From: Rhizodiscina lignyota
Taxonomy: Eukaryota
Reading direction: 5' to 3'
Assembly (NCBI GenBank): GCA_010015805.1
Contig: ML978122.1
Coordinates: 3,258,453-3,322,451, forward strand
DNA: 63,999 nucleotides
Shown: positions 59,758 through 63,999 of the stretch, one piece after another
Layout: every line of letters begins with the position of its first letter
How positions within the stretch are numbered: the stretch's first letter is position 1
The notes under the pieces: model-generated
Told to the model about the DNA's origin: nothing
Database searches by the model: none
What the model saw: the letters and a program-made list of their open reading frames with translations, nothing else
Translations under genes and position numbers: made by a program

Positions 59758-62700
59758 AGCTTATTATCTCTTAAGAATAATATTTCAAGCCCTCGTTGAT
59801 AAAACTAAGCTATCCGGCCGCTAGGACTCTCTTATAAGCGTAGACTAAGACCGGAGGCTTACTATATTAGGGCTGTATCTGGACCGAACTAAGCGCGTCG
59901 TTATCTACATAGAGTGTAAGTACGCGCTCAAGCCGTCCGCCGAGGCCGTGTCTAAGCACCTTTGGGAGAAGCACCAAGTGCCTACCGAAGCCCGCCGCGG
60001 CCTTAATACCTTTATCAACTCGCTAAACCTACTATATCCTAATAAGCTTAGTCTCCGGCCTAACGGCTCTATACTATACCTACACCTTACCGTCTAATCT
60101 AGCGCGGCTTGTAAGTACTACTAGTACTAGTCTACTAGCCTCGACCTCGTACGGCGCTACCTAGCGAAAGGGCACGGTTGAAAGGGCAGCCGTAAGACCT
60201 AGCTTCGCGATGACCTCCGTACTAGTCTGAGCCTATAGAGCTAGAGTTAGAACGGCGCGTAAGGATACTAGATAGTAGCAGCGGCGGCGGCGGCGGCGGC
60301 AGATAGTTAACACGCTCCTACGCTAGAGGTAGTAAGCGGCTCGCCGCGCCGCGAGAGAAGGGTTCTACTACTATACAAGGAAGAGGAGTATCGGGCTATA
60401 GAAAAGATGTAGGACTGCTCGGCGGTAATAGATACTAGTATAGACGACCTGGCCTTTACGAGTACCTAGATGCGCAGAACTAGCTAGGCTAACACGTTTA
60501 CTAGTACTAATCGCTACTTACTCTGGCGCCTTACTAACCCTCCTACTCCGCACGGCTATAGCCTACTACTTAGCCGCCCCAGCACGGACGAGATTTGTAG
60601 TAGCGCTAAGGACGAGCAGGCCCTTACCGTAATTAGTCGTACTATCGACTACTTCTTCGATTAGTATAAGGATACTACGCAGAATACAAGCTACTCGGCC
60701 CGCTACTAGCTTCGAAGCTAGGTCTCTAAAAGGCCGTATAAGGCGCTATTTAAGCTACCGGCACGGGAGAGTACTAGAAGAAGGTACTAAAGGCTGTAGA
60801 AGAGGCTTATATACTTCTTAGCCTGCCTATATCGCCTTAATAGCGGAGTACGCGGAGAGCTACTTAGCGTACAGCTTTTAGACGGCTAGTAAAGGGCTAT
60901 AGAGCTAGTATAGGTAGCTGCCTCGCGACTTGAGCTAGACGGCCTAGCGGGTTAGCTACTATAGACGATAATAGGAGGTTAAGGCCTATACTTTCTATCG
61001 CTACGCTATAACCTAGAAACCCTTGCTGCCTCTAATAGTAAGAGCTCCGGTCGCTTAGGGCTAATTATCTACCGTCGTTAGAGCTATTTAAGGCTATTAA
61101 AGGGTAGTTCCGCCGCTACCACCGCCGCCGCTACAGTAGTAGCAGTAGTAGTAGCGGCAGCAGCGCTATCCCTAGACAGAGAGGGTAATAAGCTAGAGAG
61201 CCCGCTAGAACTATCCGACGAGACTAGCTCGAACGCTAGCGGCGATAAGACTATAGCTACTAGTACTAGCGAGCGTAATTTAGAGAAAGCTTACTTAAGT
61301 AGCGATAGTAGCAGTAGCGGCGGTAGCGGCAGCGGCGGCGATAATAGTAGCGACGACAATAACTATAACAAGACTAACGATGATATTAACAGAGAGGGGG
61401 ATGCTATTAGACTTACCTAGCGCAATCGAAAACAAAAGTAGAGTAAGTCTATTTACTTAATTACTCTATATAAATATAAGTACCTACTCTATCCTATCGT
61501 ATATATATAAGGCTAATATAAACCCCTTATCTATATAGAACTATCTTACCCTAGCCTAACTCCTATAGTAGAGAGGCTTGCAGATCTGATTATAGGGCTC
61601 TTAATATTTCTATATATAAAAGAGTTCGCTAACGGCTATACGGACTCTACTATATTAATTTACTTTAGTAGGGTACTAGGGTTTTCAGACTCGGGATCGA
61701 CCTTAGAGAGGCTACGTACCTTTACCTTAAAGCTCTTTACGCTAATCTACTACGCCTAGCTCTACCTACTTAAGACAACCCTTCCCTAGTTCGCGTACCT
61801 AGCTATTAGCTTAGGGGCTAGACCGCGTATAGGCGGTCTAAGGCGGCTTAATAAGATTTATAAGCGCTACTTCTACTATAGTTACAGGGGACTAATAGGC
61901 GAACTCCTAAGCCTACGTACTTATAGCCGCGCCCTCTCCCGTATAGACGGGCCTAGCTTCTAGGTATAGTAGAGTAAGGACTTAGAGACTATGTCCTAGG
62001 ACGGAGGCGAGCTTCGGATAGATTAGCTACGCTACCTTAGATACTACGCCCTTTAGCTAGCTACGGACTCGATAACTTAGCTAATATATAGGCTAATACC
62101 TAAGCTATAGCTTAAAGATATATACGACAAGTTCTCGAATAATACGCAAGGCTACTCCTTTGTCTAGGACCTAGTAAATAAGCTCGCTACCGCCTACCTT
62201 AAGCTATCCTCCCGCGCATGCCTAGATCCGATTAATAGGCTAATATCGAGCGAAAGGTAGGATATAAGCGCCGTCCGCTACTACCTTAAAGCAGAGGCAG
62301 ACCTTCTTACCTACCTTATACTAGTTATATACCTCTGTAGCGGGCAGGCTACGCGGGCAAGTAAGCTCTTTAGTATTAAGTACTATAACAGACTAAGTAC
62401 CTCGCGTAGTATATATATGTATAAAGGCTCTATCGTCCTCGTCGTACGGCATTAGAAAGCTCGGCACTCTACTAACTACGAGTTTTAGGTAGCGTAGTAT
62501 CTCCTTATATAGGACTTAAAGCTAATTGCTACCTATCTTATTTACGTGCGCCTGTTTGTCGATATGTTGTATCGGTCGTACTATAGCCATAACTAGGAGC
62601 GCCGTCTCCTATTCGCTTCGCTAAACAACTTATACTAGCTATAGAAGGCGGATATACTAACGAAGGCGCTAAAGAAGCTTATATAGGATGTCTATAGAGT

Positions 62701-63366
62701 GTCTTTTAGCGTTTAGGTCTACTAGTAGCTGTCGATTGCAGTTACGGAAAAGTATATAAAGTAGATTAGCAAGCCTTTTAACCGCTACGACGACCGGACC
62801 GCGAGCGCCGACATCGAGGTAGCCTTCTCTTAGTAGAGTAGTTATAGGCTATTATAGCGTAGAGCTTCGTATAGTATCGACGCGGCCTTCCTAGACTCGC
62901 TACAGCCGGCGTTGCTAAGAGTCTACTACTAGGCGTCTAGAGAATAGCACGACTTCCTAGTAGTTAATAGCTACAAGCCGCTACCGTAGCCTATTATAGT
63001 AGAGTCGGCGGAATAGCCTATACAGATAACCGTGCTAAGTAGGCAGAGCGGACAGGGTATTAAGCGGTAGCGCGTAGTATTAGAGCTGCTAGAAAACGAC
63101 CGTAGCCTTAAATAGCAAAGGAGTTCCCGTAGTCTATTACCGTCTAATAGCCTAATAGCGGCTACTATTTTAAGGTCCTTATTAGGGTCCTAGTCAGATT
63201 TTAGAAGTCGACTAGGCTAAAGTAATAGAGGTATAGGCACGAGCGACCGTCTAGTAAGCGTCGATAGTAATATCGATATTAAGAGTAGTAGTAATAGCAA
63301 TAGTAGTATAAGCTACAACTAGGCTAAGGGCGTACTACTAAATAGTAGCGAAGAGATAGTAAGGTT

Positions 63367-63477
63367 TAAGGGTAAGGGTAAGAGTAAGAGTAAGGGTAAG
63401 GGCGAGGGTAAGGGTAAGGGTAAGGGTAAGAATAAGGGCGAGGATAAGGGTAAGGATAAGGGCGAGGATAAGGATAA
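63367..63477 (+). repeat. Hexamer repeat (TAAGGG/CGAGGG/TAAGGA)n inside the RIP-mutated element
   Basis: About 18 degenerate hexamers, probably RIP-mutated Glu-Gly/Glu-Asp codon repeats. Confidence 0.8.
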
Positions 63478-63999
63478 TTATACTATAAGGCAGGTAATAG
63501 AGAGGGCTTTTAGGTTAATAGAGAGGTAGATTAATAAAGAGCAGGCGGTAAGGGAGGAGGAGAAGGAGGAGGAGGAGAGGGAGGTAGAAAGGGCGAAGGC
63601 AAGGGTCTAAGCTAATATAAGTAGGCACGCGCTATAAAGGTAGGTAAGGAGGATAGGATAGGCGAGCCGCGAGCAAGTTAGCTAACCTATACTAAAAGGC
63701 AGGATAAAAACACGAGTACGATAGAGTCTTTTCTAAGACTACTACCTTTACTACAGCTTATATAGTAGTATAAGGTACTTATATACGCAGAGCATAGCAG
63801 CTACTATACTCTCTTAACACTCGACCGGCATCTAAGAGACCTTTATTATATCCTAAAGAAGGATAGAGATCACCTTACTAAGTACCTTAGAGCCTAAGGT
63901 CTAGCTAACTCGTGCCACACGACCGGTTCGAGTCGAACCGATTTGAACCTGCTAACAAATTTAGCGCCGGCAGGATAAGGAGGGGGTCGGACCGATTTA

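Larger units (their letters stand above)
59626..63999 (+). mobile_element. RIP-inactivated repeated element encoding DUF3505 (OrsD-like) zinc fingers and a telomere-linked-helicase-type N-terminal region; continues beyond the window
   Basis: Abrupt switch to TpA-rich, CpA/TpG-poor sequence with no ORFs. The + frame reads VVIYIECKYALKPSAEAVSKHLWEKH (~59895-59975), SGQATRASKL (~62340), RH*KARHSTN, VY**LSIAVTEK, F S**SSYR...SYSIDAAF and a second KVLIYAEHSSYY...DRHLRD (~63770), with stops at Gln/Trp/Arg positions. Confidence 0.8.

Noticed and set aside
63367..63477. Telomere-like (TAAGGG)n tract
   Set aside because: Not TTAGGG, degenerate, and interspersed with CGAGGG/CGAGGA; best explained as RIP-mutated acidic codon repeats.

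Overview
Eukaryotic DNA from a filamentous ascomycete: short GT-AG introns with CTRAC/CTAAC branch sites, and an obvious RIP-mutated block. The left ~12.5 kb holds ordinary genes: a TauD-family dioxygenase running off the edge, a DUF427 protein, an MFS transporter, TOM20, CLP1, a Zn2Cys6 transcription factor and an FAD monooxygenase. The rest looks accessory, with orphans, secreted proteins and several pseudogenes, and ends in a heavily RIP-mutated DUF3505/telomere-linked-helicase-like element (~59.6-64 kb). The highlight is a compact candidate fungal RiPP (dikaritin-type) locus at ~17.7-24.9 kb. It has a secreted Kex2-processed repeat precursor (18964..19967, - strand, 316 aa) with seven cores of the form DAG-C-S-[VI]-[NT]-L-G-Y-[SG]-Y-G-C, divergently paired with an intact DUF3328/UstYa oxidase carrying both HXXHC motifs. 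An NmrA-like reductase pseudogene and an alpha/beta hydrolase flank the pair. The Cys-x9-Cys core with a Tyr-x-Tyr motif matches no fungal RiPP core I know. All family assignments come from motif recognition by eye; no database searches were run.
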